Source of the DNA: Octopus sinensis
Lineage: Eukaryota
Direction of reading: 5' to 3'
DNA: 64,000 nt
Assembly (NCBI RefSeq): GCF_006345805.1
Contig: NC_043011.1
Span: forward strand, 66,414,464 to 66,478,463
Shown: positions 36,095-49,368 of the stretch, piece after piece
Numbering within the stretch: the stretch's first letter is position 1
Layout of the letters: every line of letters begins with the position of its first letter
Translations under genes and position numbers: made by a program
Notes under the pieces: generated by a model
The model's database searches: none
What the model was told of the DNA's origin: nothing
The model's input: the letters and a program-made list of their open reading frames with translations, nothing else

Positions 36095-36450
36095 CTAGAC
36101 CCGACGTTGCTGGGTGATATTTATAATATAATGACTTGACAGAGTTTGGGAATTAACACAGACGTATAGGATGAATTATGAAGGGATTTTTCAAATGTTT
36201 TTCATTATACCCTTGCAAATAATACGATAAGCAATTTAGGAGAATAAACGGATTGAAAATTCATGACTCCCCCGAGCCTTCCGGACTCACGTTATCCATT
36301 TTTCTTTCTTTCTTTCTTTTTTTTTCACTACGCGCTTAAAAATAATAGAGGACTCATTTTCGGTAGAAGAAAATAAACAATTTCAAAATAATGACGATTT
36401 TTTCAAAAAACTTCTCCCATACTCAGTACCAATTTTGGCCAATTTTGATA
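36095..36450 (-). mobile_element. Non-autonomous Helitron 3' portion
   Basis: Minus strand ACCCAGCAACGTCGGGT hairpin followed by CTAG|T, resembling the 49856-49883 terminus. The 5' extent is uncertain. Confidence 0.6.
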
Positions 36451-36572
36451 TCGGTGTGTTTACGTCCGGTATAAGAAACCGATAGAATAAGTTTGGGGAT
36501 TCATTTCTTCGACTAACGTCAGTACTACACCATGGCCGCAGTTACACGACTAAAACGAGTTAGAGAATAAAT

Positions 36573-36667
<95 letters not shown>

Positions 36668-36804
36668 CTCAAGTGATTTTGTGACTATGATTTGTTTTGA
36701 CCCTTATTTTTAGCAACACGGGTGCTGATTAATGCTATTTATACACACTAGTGATCAAGAGTATGACTTTAAGCTGTAAAATTGCTAATTAGCCACCCAT
36801 ACTG

Positions 36805-36888
<84 letters not shown>

Positions 36889-36920
36889 GTGTGTGTGTGT
36901 GTGTGTCTTATATCGATATA

Positions 36921-37316
36921 AGGAGTGGCTGTGTGGTAAGTAGCTTGTTTACCAACCGCATGGTTTCGGGTTCAGTCCCACTGCGTGGCACCTTGGCCAT
37001 GTGTCTTCTGCTATAGCCTCGGGCCGACCAAAGCCTTGTGAGTGGATTTGGTAGACGGAAACTGAAAGAAGCCCGTCGTATATATGTATATATATATATG
37101 CGTGTGTGTGTTTGTGTGTGTGTCCCTAGCATTGTTTGACAACCGATGCTGGTGTGTTTATGTCCCTGTTACTTAGCGGTTCGGCAAAAAGAGACCGATA
37201 GAATAAGTACTGGGCTTACAAAAGATTAAGTCCTGGGGTCGAGTTGCTCGATTAAAGGCGGTGCTCCAGCATGGCCGCAGTCAAATGACTGAAACAAGTA
37301 AAAGAGTAAAAGAGTA
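36921..37316 (+). mobile_element. tRNA-derived SINE (family B) with internal microsatellite
   Basis: AGGAGTGGCTGTGTGGTAAG head, GGGTTCAGTCCCACTG B-box, (AAAAGAGT)n tail; full inverse copy at 62360-62815. Confidence 0.9.
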
Positions 37317-39476
37317 TATATATATACGTGTATGTATGTTGGTGTGTGCGTTTATGGATGTGCATGTTGGCATGCATGTATCTACTGTTGTATGTATAGG
37401 CATATGAATATATATATTTATATATATATACACACACATAAACAAAATCGAACGTACACGTATTGTGTTCGCAGTTGTTCCGGTGGTTGTATTTCATGCG
37501 TGAGAGTATATATATTTTCGGTGATCCTGGTGTAAAAGAATTGAATGTAAATCATAGATAAGAGTGACAACTTACATCAAATCCATTATTTTTCTTTTCC
37601 ATTTTACCTCGTCTGTGGTAATGTAAACTGGTTATTATCAGACGTGTGCGTTTCGTGAAAGTTTATATGTACGAACGCATGTGTTGTACATATAAATTCA
37701 CTGATTCCAGCTATTTGTAGTAAAGCAAATTAACTCTTTCGCAGTGTGTGAGATATCAGTAATCACCTATCAATACGTACTTCCCTTTCTAGGTATACAG
37801 CGTTCCTCTTACGTACTAATGTGTTCAGTTACCTATCTAAACCTCCACTCCATCTCTATATCAGCTCATCCATTTCTTAAACCATACATACATCTATGCT
37901 TATACTCTCTATCAGTATACAAAACGCAGACTGTCACTTAATATATATTTTTCCATTTGTAATGTATATATTCTGTTTCCTTCATCACATTATCTCCTCG
38001 TTTATTTAATTTCTTTCCTCTAATCCGTTAGTCTCCCTCTCTTTACCACGTATTGAGCATAATCTCGTACAAATTATTTCTGAAATCATTTTGTTTAAGA
38101 ATCATAAACATGAATGTTAAATAGTGTCCTAGTTAGTTAACGATTGTATTAGAATGTGTAATACCAGAAAGATGGATGAGAATAGAAGGGGAAATAGAAA
38201 GCCAAATATAGCATATAATTCTTTTAAAAAAGATGACTCTAAAAGAACAGAATAATATTTAAGCGGAATGAGACGAAAATTGAAGGAAAGCATAGGAACG
38301 CTGGGAAGACATTCTACTAAATAAGGCGCTTTCTTAAGATAATACAGAAAGCCGAAGGACTAACTTTCAAGGAGGCTGTAATGCATCCATGTTAGGCCAT
38401 ATCTTAGAAGCTAAGAACATAGGGGAAATAAGTAGAGAAATTAGTTTAATTCCAGGTACTTTGGACAAGCCTTTCCCCATATACCTCCGTTGTAGTTATA
38501 CCTACTATTCTAATATGAAATATCACATATATTTAAATTCATTCCTATTTCAATCCTAGAACCACCAATGTCACGCAGAAAGAAACGTGCCCCATGTAGA
38601 CATGGCTTGCAGTATGGCATTGGTCTTATATGTGCAGTGCCTCCAGAAATAATCAAAGAATTGGTAGCATCAATACTGTTTGGTCACAAGGCTAAATTTA
38701 CCAAAAGCCTGAATCCAGTTGCACAACTGGAATAAACAACCGCACTCATTTGGCAAAGACCAAAAGGACTTTGAAGGGATGAAAACAGAATTGCATCTAG
38801 TGAGCTCGATAAAACAATAAGCTTAGATATAGAAGAAACCCGAGTAGATTACAAGGTGGTACCACCCATGGACAATTACATGGACGCAGTGATATAGCGA
38901 CAAATAGACTTAAAACAGATGATTATTTCTAGGGTAATTCCATAGATAAATAGATGAAATAAACAAGTATACGTGTAGTCAGGCAGATACAGTTTATAAC
39001 ATTTAAAATTTTAGGTGGGATACAAAGCATAGTGCAGTAATCTTCATGGATCCCTTAGATTATCTACGCTATATTGTAGCCACTTACCAGAAATGAGAAA
39101 GAAGATAAATGCAAAAATCACCATCGTCGTTTATCCCTGACAAATTCTAAGCTAAATTATCTCCTACCCGTAGACATATGGTTTCACTGTATCCAGCTGC
39201 AACATATGGAAGCACATTTAAAACGAATATAATTGCACCTTTTTGATGAATGAGCTTTACTACGTTAGCTCTTTGGAAGTTACCGATGTTATGTATCATT
39301 ATTTACCTACGGAGAACATGGATAATACAAAAGAAATGACAGTAGTTCTGTATACACGCACATTTATATTTATGTACACATACATGTGCGTGTATCTGTC
39401 TATCTATCTATCCATCTATCTATCCTTCTATCTCTCTCTCTCTATCTATCTATCTATATGCATATTTGTGTGTGCG

Positions 39477-39509
<33 letters not shown>

Positions 39510-39585
39510 CGTTTAAATATTTGTTGTGCGTGTGTTTTTATTGGCTAAACTGGCAATATGACCATTCCGAATTATAACAATATAT

Positions 39586-39678
<93 letters not shown>

Positions 39679-39813
39679 ACGTATATTAATATATATACAT
39701 ATATCTATAATATATGTATATGTATATATATATATCTTATATACACATATATACGTACACATTGTACACCACACACACACATACACACACACACACACAC
39801 ACATATATAATGT

Positions 39814-39845
<32 letters not shown>

Positions 39846-39846
39846 G

Positions 39847-39877
<31 letters not shown>

Positions 39878-39889
39878 TTATATAGAAGG

Positions 39890-39940
39890 AGCTTCTACAG
39901 GACTAGTACTGTTTCATTCAAGAGAAATCTTCAGGAAGCT
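39890..39940 (-). ncRNA. Compact type I hammerhead ribozyme (left repeat)
   Basis: Identical inverse of 42646-42696. Confidence 0.75.
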
Positions 39941-40004
39941 ATTTAACAAGAATTGTGTTAGCATTTATACATTTAGGCAGGTTTAAAGGAGTGGTGGTGG
40001 GGGA

Positions 40005-40372
40005 ATTTGTATGTATATATATGTGTGTGTGTGTATGTGTGTATGTATGTATTTGTACATGTGTGTGTATATGTATGTGCGCGCGTGTGTGTGTATGTAT
40101 GTGTATGTATATTTGTATATGTATGTGCATATGTATGTATGTATGTGTGTATATATGTATATGTGTATATATATATGTATATATATATATATGTATATAT
40201 GTGTATGTATATGTATGTATATATGTGTGTGTATATGTGTATTATGTATGTATTTATATAGATATGTAATTTATATATATATATATGTATGTATATGCAT
40301 CTGTCTGTGTGTGTGTATGTGTATATATGTGTATCATTATTGCGTATGTATACATGTATATGTGTATATGTA

Positions 40373-40407
<35 letters not shown>

Positions 40408-40422
40408 GTATATATGTGGGGG

Positions 40423-40471
<49 letters not shown>

Positions 40472-40757
40472 ATATATATGTATGTGTATATATATATATA
40501 TATATGTATGTGTGTATGTGTATATATGTATGTATATGTGTATGTGTGTGTACATGTATATATATGTGTGTGTGTATATATATATATGTTTATATGTGAG
40601 TATGTAGAGATATAAGTATATGCATGTGTATACGTGTGTGTGTATATTATATATATATATATATATATATGTATGGGTATGTGTATCCGTGTATATATGT
40701 ATGTGTGTGTGTATGTATATGTATGTATGTGTGTATATATGTATGTGTATATGTGTA

Positions 40758-40800
<43 letters not shown>

Positions 40801-41460
40801 GTATGTGTATGTGTGTGTAGGTGTGCATGTATGTGTATGTGTATATGTGTATATATATGTTTGTGTATATATATGTATATATATATATGTGTATATATGT
40901 ATATATATATGTATATATATATATGTATATATGAGCGCGCGTGTGTGTATGTATGCATATATGTATGTATGCATGTATATGTGTATGTATATATGTGTGT
41001 AAGTGTGTGCATATATGTATATGTAAGTATGTGCGCGTGTATGAGTATGTATGTATGCTTGCACACGTGTATATATATGTGTGTGTGTGTATATATATGG
41101 ATGCGCGTGCGTGCGTGCACGTGTATGGGTACGCATGTGTATATGTGTATGTGCGTGTATGTGTATGTATGCATATATGTATGTATGCATGTATATGTGT
41201 ATGTATATATGTGTGTAAGTGTGTGCATATATGTATAGGTAAGTATGTGTGCGTGTATGAGTATGTATGTATGCTTGCACACGTGTATATATGTGTGTGT
41301 GTGTGTATATATATGGATGCATGTGCGTGTGTGCACGTGTATGGGTACGCATGTATATGTGTATGTGCGTGTATGCGTATACGTGTATGTATGTATGTCT
41401 GGGCGTATATTTGTATATGTATGTGTGAGTGAGTGGTGTATATATATATATATATAATAT

Positions 41461-41499
<39 letters not shown>

Positions 41500-41757
41500 T
41501 GGGGGTGTATGTATGCGTATAAATGCATGTAAGTATGGATGTATGGATGTATGTATGTATGTTTACGTATGTATGTGTTTGTGTGTGTATGTATGTAGGT
41601 GTGTGTATGTTGTGTGTATATATGTATATATATATATGTGTGTATATATGTTTGTGTATGTATATATATGTGTATGTATGTGTGTGTATGTCTATATAGT
41701 GTGTGTGTGTGTATGTATGTATATATATATAGATATATATATATATATATATGTATG

Positions 41758-41794
<37 letters not shown>

Positions 41795-41940
41795 ATATGT
41801 ATATATATATGGGTATGTATCTGTATGTAGGAGTATATATATGTGTGTGTGTGTGTGTATGTGTATATGTGTATAATAATATATATTATATATATATATA
41901 TTATATATATGTATATTTATTGGTGTATATATATAGACTA
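40005..41940. repeat. Compound (TA)/(TG)/(TATG) microsatellite mosaic with a 216-bp internal tandem duplication (~40945-41375)
   Basis: GTAAGTGTGTGCATATATGTAT recurs with AAG at 41001 and 41217. Confidence 0.9.
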
Positions 41941-42239
41941 GCCTCCTAAGTGTAGACATGAATCTGTAGGTACGAGTACGTATGTGTATATACGTGAACG
42001 TATGTAGATGTTTGTATGTATGAAATAACGCGTGCGTACGTGTATGTGTATAGTGAGTGTACGAAGGGGTGTATGTACGTGCTAATGAGTGTGCGTGCGG
42101 GAACGAGTACTTGCCTTCTAGTAGACAGACAATTGGACATGCTGCCATCGCCAGGATCCTTAGCCCTAGCGATCAAAGATAACAAAAGTAATAAATGAAG
42201 ATAATAAAATTAAAATTAGGGAATGGGCCTGTATTTGAT

Positions 42240-42286
<47 letters not shown>

Positions 42287-42448
42287 GTGTATGTGTAGGT
42301 ATGTATAGGCACACATGTGTACGTATGTGTGTGTGTATGTATATGTGTTTATGTAAGTATGTGCACACATTTTATTTTTTTATTTTTTTATTTTTTTTAT
42401 TTTTTTTATTTTTATTTTTATTTTTTTTATTTTTTTTATTTTTTATTT

Positions 42449-42484
<36 letters not shown>

Positions 42485-42645
42485 ATTTTTTTATTTATCT
42501 ATTCTTTCATCTAACTTACCACTGACTCCTTGACCACTCCCCCAAGTATGATATTTTGCGCTATGCCTACCCCCAAAAAAGTCCCCCACCACCACTCCTT
42601 TAAACCTGCCTAAATGTATAAATGCTAACACAATTCTTGTTAAAT

Positions 42646-42696
42646 AGCTTCCTGAAGATTTCTCTTGAATGAAACAGTACTAGTCCTGTAGAAGCT
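42646..42696 (+). ncRNA. Compact type I hammerhead ribozyme (right repeat)
   Basis: AGCUUC-CUGAAGA-UUUC-UCUU-GAAU-GAAA-CAG-UACUAGUC-CUG-UA/GAAGCU. Stem I is 6 bp, stem III is 4 bp with palindromic ACUAGU in the loop, the GUA site is at 42690/42691, and 10.1/11.1 is U.U. Confidence 0.75.
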
Positions 42697-43387
42697 CCTT
42701 CTATATAATAAATTAATTTTACTCTGCTATGTATTGAGTACCTTACTTACTGTGGTTAACCCCGGATCAACCCGGGACCTACATATATATATATATATAT
42801 ATATAATATATATATATTATATATATATATATGCCTGTAGACATGTATGTATACACACACATGTATATAAGAACTAAGGATCGAGATGTGGGAAATTCTG
42901 ATGGAATCTTTCATGTCTTAACGTGTACATCCTCACAGCAATGTTGACTTTCATTCAGTGAAGACACCCTTGGTCTGACATGTCACCTACGCTATACACA
43001 TAGCCTGGATATTTGCCACTTCCGAGGTTCCGCTCAGTTGAAAACACTTCTAGCTCGGATCTAATCTAATCTATTCCTTAGTTTCTGTATATATGTATGT
43101 GTGTATGTATGTATGTATGTATGTATGCATGTATGTGTGTATGTATGTATGTATGTATGTATGCATGTATGTGTGTATGTATGTATGTATGTATGTATGT
43201 ATGCATGTATGTGTAACTATTTGGACTTTGGGTATGTGGTTGGAAGCACATTCACTGTTTGGGTTACCTGATGTCAACCACAGTTACGATATAATATTCA
43301 CTAGACCTATACTTCAGGACATCAGCAATATTTCTTAAATTTTTAATTCATGAGAGAAGCGGATGATGGAATTAGTACGAAGCTCTG

Positions 43388-43560
43388 CAGCCTTGGCCAA
43401 AAGTATTAGGCCACCCCAATGTTTTGGGATTCTGCTTTCTCAATATCAATGAAACTCGTGCTCATAGTTGATTATGGTATATTTCACAATATACAAAAGT
43501 TTTAATATCTGGTTCACCCTGTAGCATCAAGTACCTCTTTTATTCTGTACTGTACACATG
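43388..43560 (-). mobile_element. Tc1-like 3' end remnant
   Basis: TIR-like CAGCCTTGGCCAAAAGTATTAGGCCACC; the minus strand resembles the transposase end (RI..V.DA.G..T.Y). Confidence 0.45.
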
Positions 43561-43899
43561 AGACGAATGATGAGTAAGACCAACGTCCAAATTTTACTTA
43601 TTCTTCGTTGATTATTTCGGAGTTTTTTGCTAAAACACTTTATAGATACAGTTAATATACAGTAAAAGTTTCAAACTAAAAAGGAGTTGAGTGGTGATGA
43701 TGGTGGTATTCATCGAGGTCATGGTGTTAGTGGTGGTGTTTTATGAGTCTTGATTTCACTTATCAAGGAGGTCTGTACATATGTTTTGAAGAAAACAGTG
43801 ATCGCCTTTCTTTACTGAATTCAATATTTCAACAGTATGATTTTCAAAATAATAGTAAATTGAATAATCTTTATTTGTAAAATTCAATCAGTCGTAATG

Positions 43900-43954
<55 letters not shown>

Positions 43955-44004
43955 ATATATTATACATGCAATATATACACGTACGTATGGATATATGTAT
44001 ATAG

Positions 44005-44057
44005 ATTTAGATAGATGAGAGATAGATAGAAAGATAGATAGATCTATTGATAGATAT

Positions 44058-44150
<93 letters not shown>

Positions 44151-44163
44151 AAGATAGATAGAT
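44005..44163. repeat. (TAGA)n microsatellite
   Basis: Direct inspection. Confidence 0.95.
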
Positions 44164-44291
44164 ATGAAGATTTTTGAAGTCACGTGTGGATGTGAGATTT
44201 CAATTTCAGTAACGCTGAAATTTGAATCATACACAAATATATATAATAGCCTTAAATAGGCTAACCTATATGAATAGCACACTTCGAAGAT

Positions 44292-44333
<42 letters not shown>

Positions 44334-44369
44334 AATTTATATATATATATATATATATGAACCGTAACT

Positions 44370-45900
44370 CAAACGAAGCTTACAAAACATGAAAGGAATA
44401 GTGCAGACTGCTCTAAGGAAAATTAAACAGGAATGGTTGAATGATAGAGCAAAATGGGCACAAAACGAAGCTGATAGAAATGACACCAAGTATTTGTAAC
44501 TCTTATTTTAAAAATCTTCTTCAATGGCTCCAGTGAGAACTGCATTTTTGAATAGACCATCATTTGCTGACATGAGGATGATAGAAAAAATCGAACACCT
44601 TCCAGTTATAGAAGAGATGGCAGTTGAACTAAGTTTAAATGACATTTATGTAGCTGTGAATGAGCTGAATAACAACGTCTCCAGAGTTTGATTGAATCTG
44701 TGCACAGGTCTTGAAATATTTGGGTGAGAAAATGTGTTAACTCTTATGTATATTAATTTGTCACTGTTTGAGAATTGAAAGTGCCTCAAAATTGGATTGA
44801 GGCAATTTTAGTATCCTTGTATAAATCGGGGCCTAAGGATCTGGGTGGTAATTTTCAAGGGATTCGCTTTTGTTTGGGGTTGGAAAGGTACTTGCCCGCT
44901 TTCTGTTTGAACGTTTAAATACCTTCATAGTTCTAGATATGTCTCAGTGTCTGAGCCTCAGAGTGATTGTCGCTTCCTCCAGGGGCACAACTGATTGTAT
45001 CTTTATTATCAGACAATTGCAGGAAAAGTGCATTGAACACAATCTTGCCATTTACCATTGATTTTTTGATTTGAGTAAACCATTCGAAAAGGTGTAAACA
45101 TGATCAGGGCTTTCAATCAAGATATGAAATCTACAGTTAATTTTGGTGGAATGCTCTCTGAATCTTTTGCCGTGGAAAATGGAGTAAAGCAAAGAGATCT
45201 TGATATATCCACTCACTTAGCAATCTATTTTGCTCTTGTGCTGTCGCACGCTTTCCAAAACTCCGAGGAGGGTATTAACATTATGGAAAAGACAGTGAAT
45301 GTGTTTAATCTAAACAGACTGAAATTCAAATCGAAGATTTTTACTTCACTCTTCAGGGAACTCTTATACCCTGACGGCTGCGATCTAGTCAGTCATTCTC
45401 AAACAGCTCTTCAATCTCTTGTATCTGCATTTGACTCAGCTTGTGATAATTTTGCCTTGACCATAACTTGAAAAAACTGTTGTAATATATCTACCTGCAT
45501 ATGGTGCATTGCAACCCCACCTAAATGTTTTTAAGGGCAAGTCACTTGAGGTTGTTGACTCTTTCATCTACCTTGGAGGCTCTGTACAAAGTGATGGAAA
45601 TCTGGACACAGAAATATACCTGCGAATTCAAAGGGCACCACAAGCATTTGGGCGCTTGGAGTCATGCGTTTGGCGTTAACACCATATAAATAACAATACA
45701 ATATATATATATAATTAGCGCAGGTAGCAATATGAGTCCCAGAAGGCAATATTTTTTTCCACCTTAATGTGATATTTTCATAGAGACACCAGCTACATAA
45801 ACGCACAAACTCAAACATAACATGATACCATCGTTTGGTTTGGGCGCCGGGTATGCCGGACCACGTGATTTCAGTGTACTGCACAACGGAGGCATATTAA
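44370..45900 (+). mobile_element. Decayed RTE (BovB-like) LINE
   Basis: VQTALRKIKQEWL..AQNEADRND; RGTTDCIFIIRQLQEKCIEHN; SESFAVENGVKQ; LLYPDGCDLVSHS; YLGGSVQSDGNLDTEIYLRIQRA..AFGRL. Confidence 0.85.
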
Positions 45901-46139
45901 AAGGACGGATAAATCCAGTGAAAACTCAAAGACTATCTTGAAATAGCACAGCCTTTCTGAATGAAGGCTGCATTTATTTATTTTAAATGTACCTGTATCG
46001 TTCCTTTTCATCTTATAACAATATGTGTATATATGTGCAACGAGTTAACATATTCCCATTTAAATTAAACTTTAAAAGTATCGAGATGAACAATAATTTG
46101 TTTCACCGACTCCAGTGTTTGACTCTGCAATTATGAATG

Positions 46140-46190
46140 GCTACGTCGACCTCGGTGCTACGTCGACCTCGGTGCTACGTCGACCTCGGT
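46140..46190. repeat. Perfect 17-bp unit x3 (GCTACGTCGACCTCGGT) inside a decayed minus-strand SINE
   Basis: Direct inspection. Confidence 0.9.
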
Positions 46191-46960
46191 ACTATGAAAT
46201 CAAAACGTTGAGACAGAAGAAATGATGCTAAGAATTTTGTCAGACATGTTAACGATTCTGATAGCTCGAAGCCTTAAGTAAGAATCATATATTAAAATGT
46301 ACACTGTATTATGACATCAATATAATAATCAAGTGTGAATCAATTTTCAAACAATAAGATTAAAAATGTCAGCGATTTACTATTTTTCAGACATAAAGAA
46401 ACCGGTCAATAACAAAGAAACTGCAAAATATAATAGTTGTAAGGCAATATTTATTTATATAAGTATCATGAATATAAAAAGAGCCTGGACGAGGAATAAG
46501 GCATCGGGCAACATCTGAAGAAAGCAAAACAGTAATGCATTTAGTTAACCTTGTATAGTAAAAGGCTTTAATGACATTTTATACATTGTTAACTTTAAAA
46601 TTATTTCAATAGAATCAAATCTGTAAATCTAGTCATGTGATTATGATTTAGTTTCAAAACCTACAAAAATGCTTCAATATCATCACTGCCTTTAGTTAAA
46701 CGTAATTTGATTATTTTAGTAAGTGGTTGGTGGAGTATTTCTTCTGAGTATACTACTCAACAAATTCATCCCGGAATGCTACTGGGTTAGTTGCCAGAAT
46801 ATTTTGATTCCCACACCTGGAAACAAACAAACGCACACACACTCACGCACACATATACAAACACACGCACACCTGCACATGTACGCATACAGAGAAGTAA
46901 CGTAATTGAATCATGGTACGGAGACAGGTGTGTGAATGTACATATCTATAACATTATTTC

Positions 46961-47070
46961 GGAGGCGCAATGGCTCAGTAGTTTGAGCAGGGGACTCGCA
47001 GCGTAGGACCGCGGCTTCGATTACCAGACCGGGCGTTCTGAGTATTTATTGAGCAAAACCACCTAATTTT
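46961..47070 (+). mobile_element. SINE family C, 5' fragment
   Basis: GGAGGCGCAATGGCTCAGTAG...GGCTTCGATTACCAGACCGGGCG. Confidence 0.75.
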
Positions 47071-47614
47071 ACGACTAGGCTGTTTCAGGGATCGTAACCG
47101 ACAAAAAGTCACGAATATCGCATTCGCAATTTTAGCTCAGATAAAACACAAGTCTTTCTAAAAGTCTTTCTAATAAAGGCAGAAGGCCCGAAATTTTGAG
47201 TGGAGTGAATAGTTTATTGCATCCACTCCAGGGCTCAAATTATAATGACTACTCGATGATTCGGGTTTGGGGTTAAGTACGGCCAGTGATATCGTTTCGA
47301 AGAGTATAGCCCTGTTGATGCGATTAAAGGCTGACACTACCAGCCGTTGTCAGTGATATTAAAACCCTAACTTTAAAGTTACAATGTTAACATTAGATTT
47401 GAATTTCGGTAGCATTTTAGTGCTTTCATATTGCTGGAAGACTTGAGAGTTGATAAGATTGGTTTATAAAGAAGAAATTACGCACCTCTCTTAGATTTGT
47501 AGATCCCTTGCAGGAAGCCTGGAAATAAAATACTCAATATATTGTAAATATGAAACTCATTTTTATCTCAGATTCACATATACACACACTCATATAAACG
47601 CACAAACACACACA

Positions 47615-47905
47615 AGCATATGTGGAGAGAGAGAGAGAGACAAAAAGAGAGACAGTGAGAGAGAGAGAAAAGAAGACACAGAGGGACAAAGACAAGAAGG
47701 CAGACAGATAGTGAGAGGGAGAGAAAGAGAGATAGAGATAGACAGAGACAACAAGGCAGATAAACAGATAGTGAGAGAGATAGACCGATAGACACATAGA
47801 CAGGCAGATACACAGGCAGACATACAAACAGACATGCAGAAACAAAGATAGATAGTTAGATAGAGAGAGAGAGAGACAGAGAGAGACAGACTGACAGACA
47901 GATAT

Positions 47906-47940
<35 letters not shown>

Positions 47941-47955
47941 TATAGATAGATAGAT

Positions 47956-47999
<44 letters not shown>

Positions 48000-48050
48000 A
48001 AGATAGATAGATAGATAGATAGATTGATAGAGAGATAGAGAGATTGATAG
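47615..48050. repeat. Compound (GA)/(GACA)/(GATA) microsatellite
   Basis: Direct inspection. Confidence 0.92.
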
Positions 48051-48549
48051 ATATGCTAATCTTGTATAGAATGTAAATCGGTAAGTTATTGTAGGTAAAC
48101 TCCAAAAACTTTGCTATCAATCAACATGTAGCAAACAAGATATTTTGCTCCAAGTGGTGCAGCAACCCTCACTGAAATGCAACATGTGATCTGCTGACTT
48201 GATGTGCGTAACGGCGCCCCGTTTAGTGTAAATATTAGCAAGACGGTGGCAATGCGCTGACAAATGACCGGGTGGAATCTGAGAATTTCAGAACAGGTGA
48301 CCAGAAAAATATGTTGGTTTTATAAAAGACATTTGTCCTAAGTCTTCTGGTCTTCTATTCTCAACTGCGATCAACCCACAGAATCAAAGTAATAGCTGAT
48401 TTGAGGAAATAGTGAGGTTTTAAACCAGGATAATTGTATCTATATAACACTTGAACTACAGGGAGAGACTGTTACAGTTCATCTTCTACTCCCTGGAGTG
48501 ACGACGAGTAAAATATGAGGTGGCATACACATGGTAGATCATAGAGAAG

Positions 48550-49350
48550 TAAGTACCAAACCCGTCTAGTGTCAGAAATAGATACTAAAAGAGTTTGTGG
48601 TTCAAAGGCCCACCAGTATTTAATATCTCGCAAAACTGTGGAATGTAGAAATGTCAGGGTCGAATGTCTTTGTTTGGGGCGCTTAAGAATATGTGAGTGA
48701 GATGGCTTTGTAAATACATTAGATAACAGAGGTGAAGCGTTTGTTTGGATGGAAAGGAGGTGGACAACCAGGTGAAAAGGAGAGAGAAGAGCAAAGAAAC
48801 AGCATAGCGTGAGAACGGCACATATTGAGGGTAAAGGTCTCCTAAACAGAAGCTAGAAAATTTAAGTCTAAATGCGTTTCATGTCTCAGAAAGAAGATGA
48901 AATTCCATTCCCTTTGGAAGCAGGAGTCGTGACATCTGATGTTGTAGGCCATACAAAAGACAAACGCATGATGGAAAGTATGGTTCTCCGTGGGAAAATG
49001 TTAAGTAGCTGCAGACCAGTAATATATCGGATGTATCTGAAGATTTCCGCTGGCCAGACTAACTATTCTTTCGGTTACGAATGTGGTGATAGAGAAAAAA
49101 ATGGACAGGTGTGACAGCAAAGACGGGGACAGAGAATAGATTCGAGGCAAGACGTGGCTATCGTAGACAAGAAAGTTTGAGGTACGTTTGAGGGAAGCGT
49201 CTGAGAAGGAAGAAACAAAAAAAAAATGACTCAGAAGTGGTGGAGCGTAACCCAAAGACGAACTCTGTGGAGGGCTGATAAAACAATGCGGTTCGGTGGT
49301 GCTTAGATTGGTATAGGTGAACAAACGAATAGTTAGATAAAAAAAAATGT
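48550..49350 (-). mobile_element. Highly decayed LINE relic (CR1/Jockey group)
   Basis: SLASGNLQIHPIYYWSAAT resembles the post-YADD segment SLxSDLxxIxxWxxxN. Confidence 0.4.
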
Positions 49351-49368
49351 ACACAGAAGAGAATGTAA

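Larger units (their letters stand above)
39873..42713 (-). mobile_element. PLE-like structure: 132-bp perfect inverted repeats with hammerheads enclosing a ~2-kb microsatellite mosaic and a possible GIY-YIG remnant
   Basis: 39873-40004 is the exact reverse complement of 42582-42713 by eye. The left end abuts (TA)n. 42105-42185 on the minus strand reads [19 protein letters not shown](fs)LLEGKY. Confidence 0.7.

Noticed and set aside
38150-38900. Purine-rich stretch resembling a LINE relic
   Set aside because: No diagnostic motif could be read in any frame.
39973-42148. Very long ORFs (459 aa and 603 aa) and many I/Y/H/T/C/V-rich ORFs across the window
   Set aside because: They are translations of TA/TG/CA microsatellites, which lack stop codons in some frames, and are not proteins.
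43230-43300. IVTVVDI..GNP resembles a cadherin repeat end (protocadherin relic)
   Set aside because: It needs a frameshift and the rest of a cadherin domain is missing.
46140-46190. CRISPR-like short direct repeats
   Set aside because: There are no spacers, the context is eukaryotic, and no cas genes are present.
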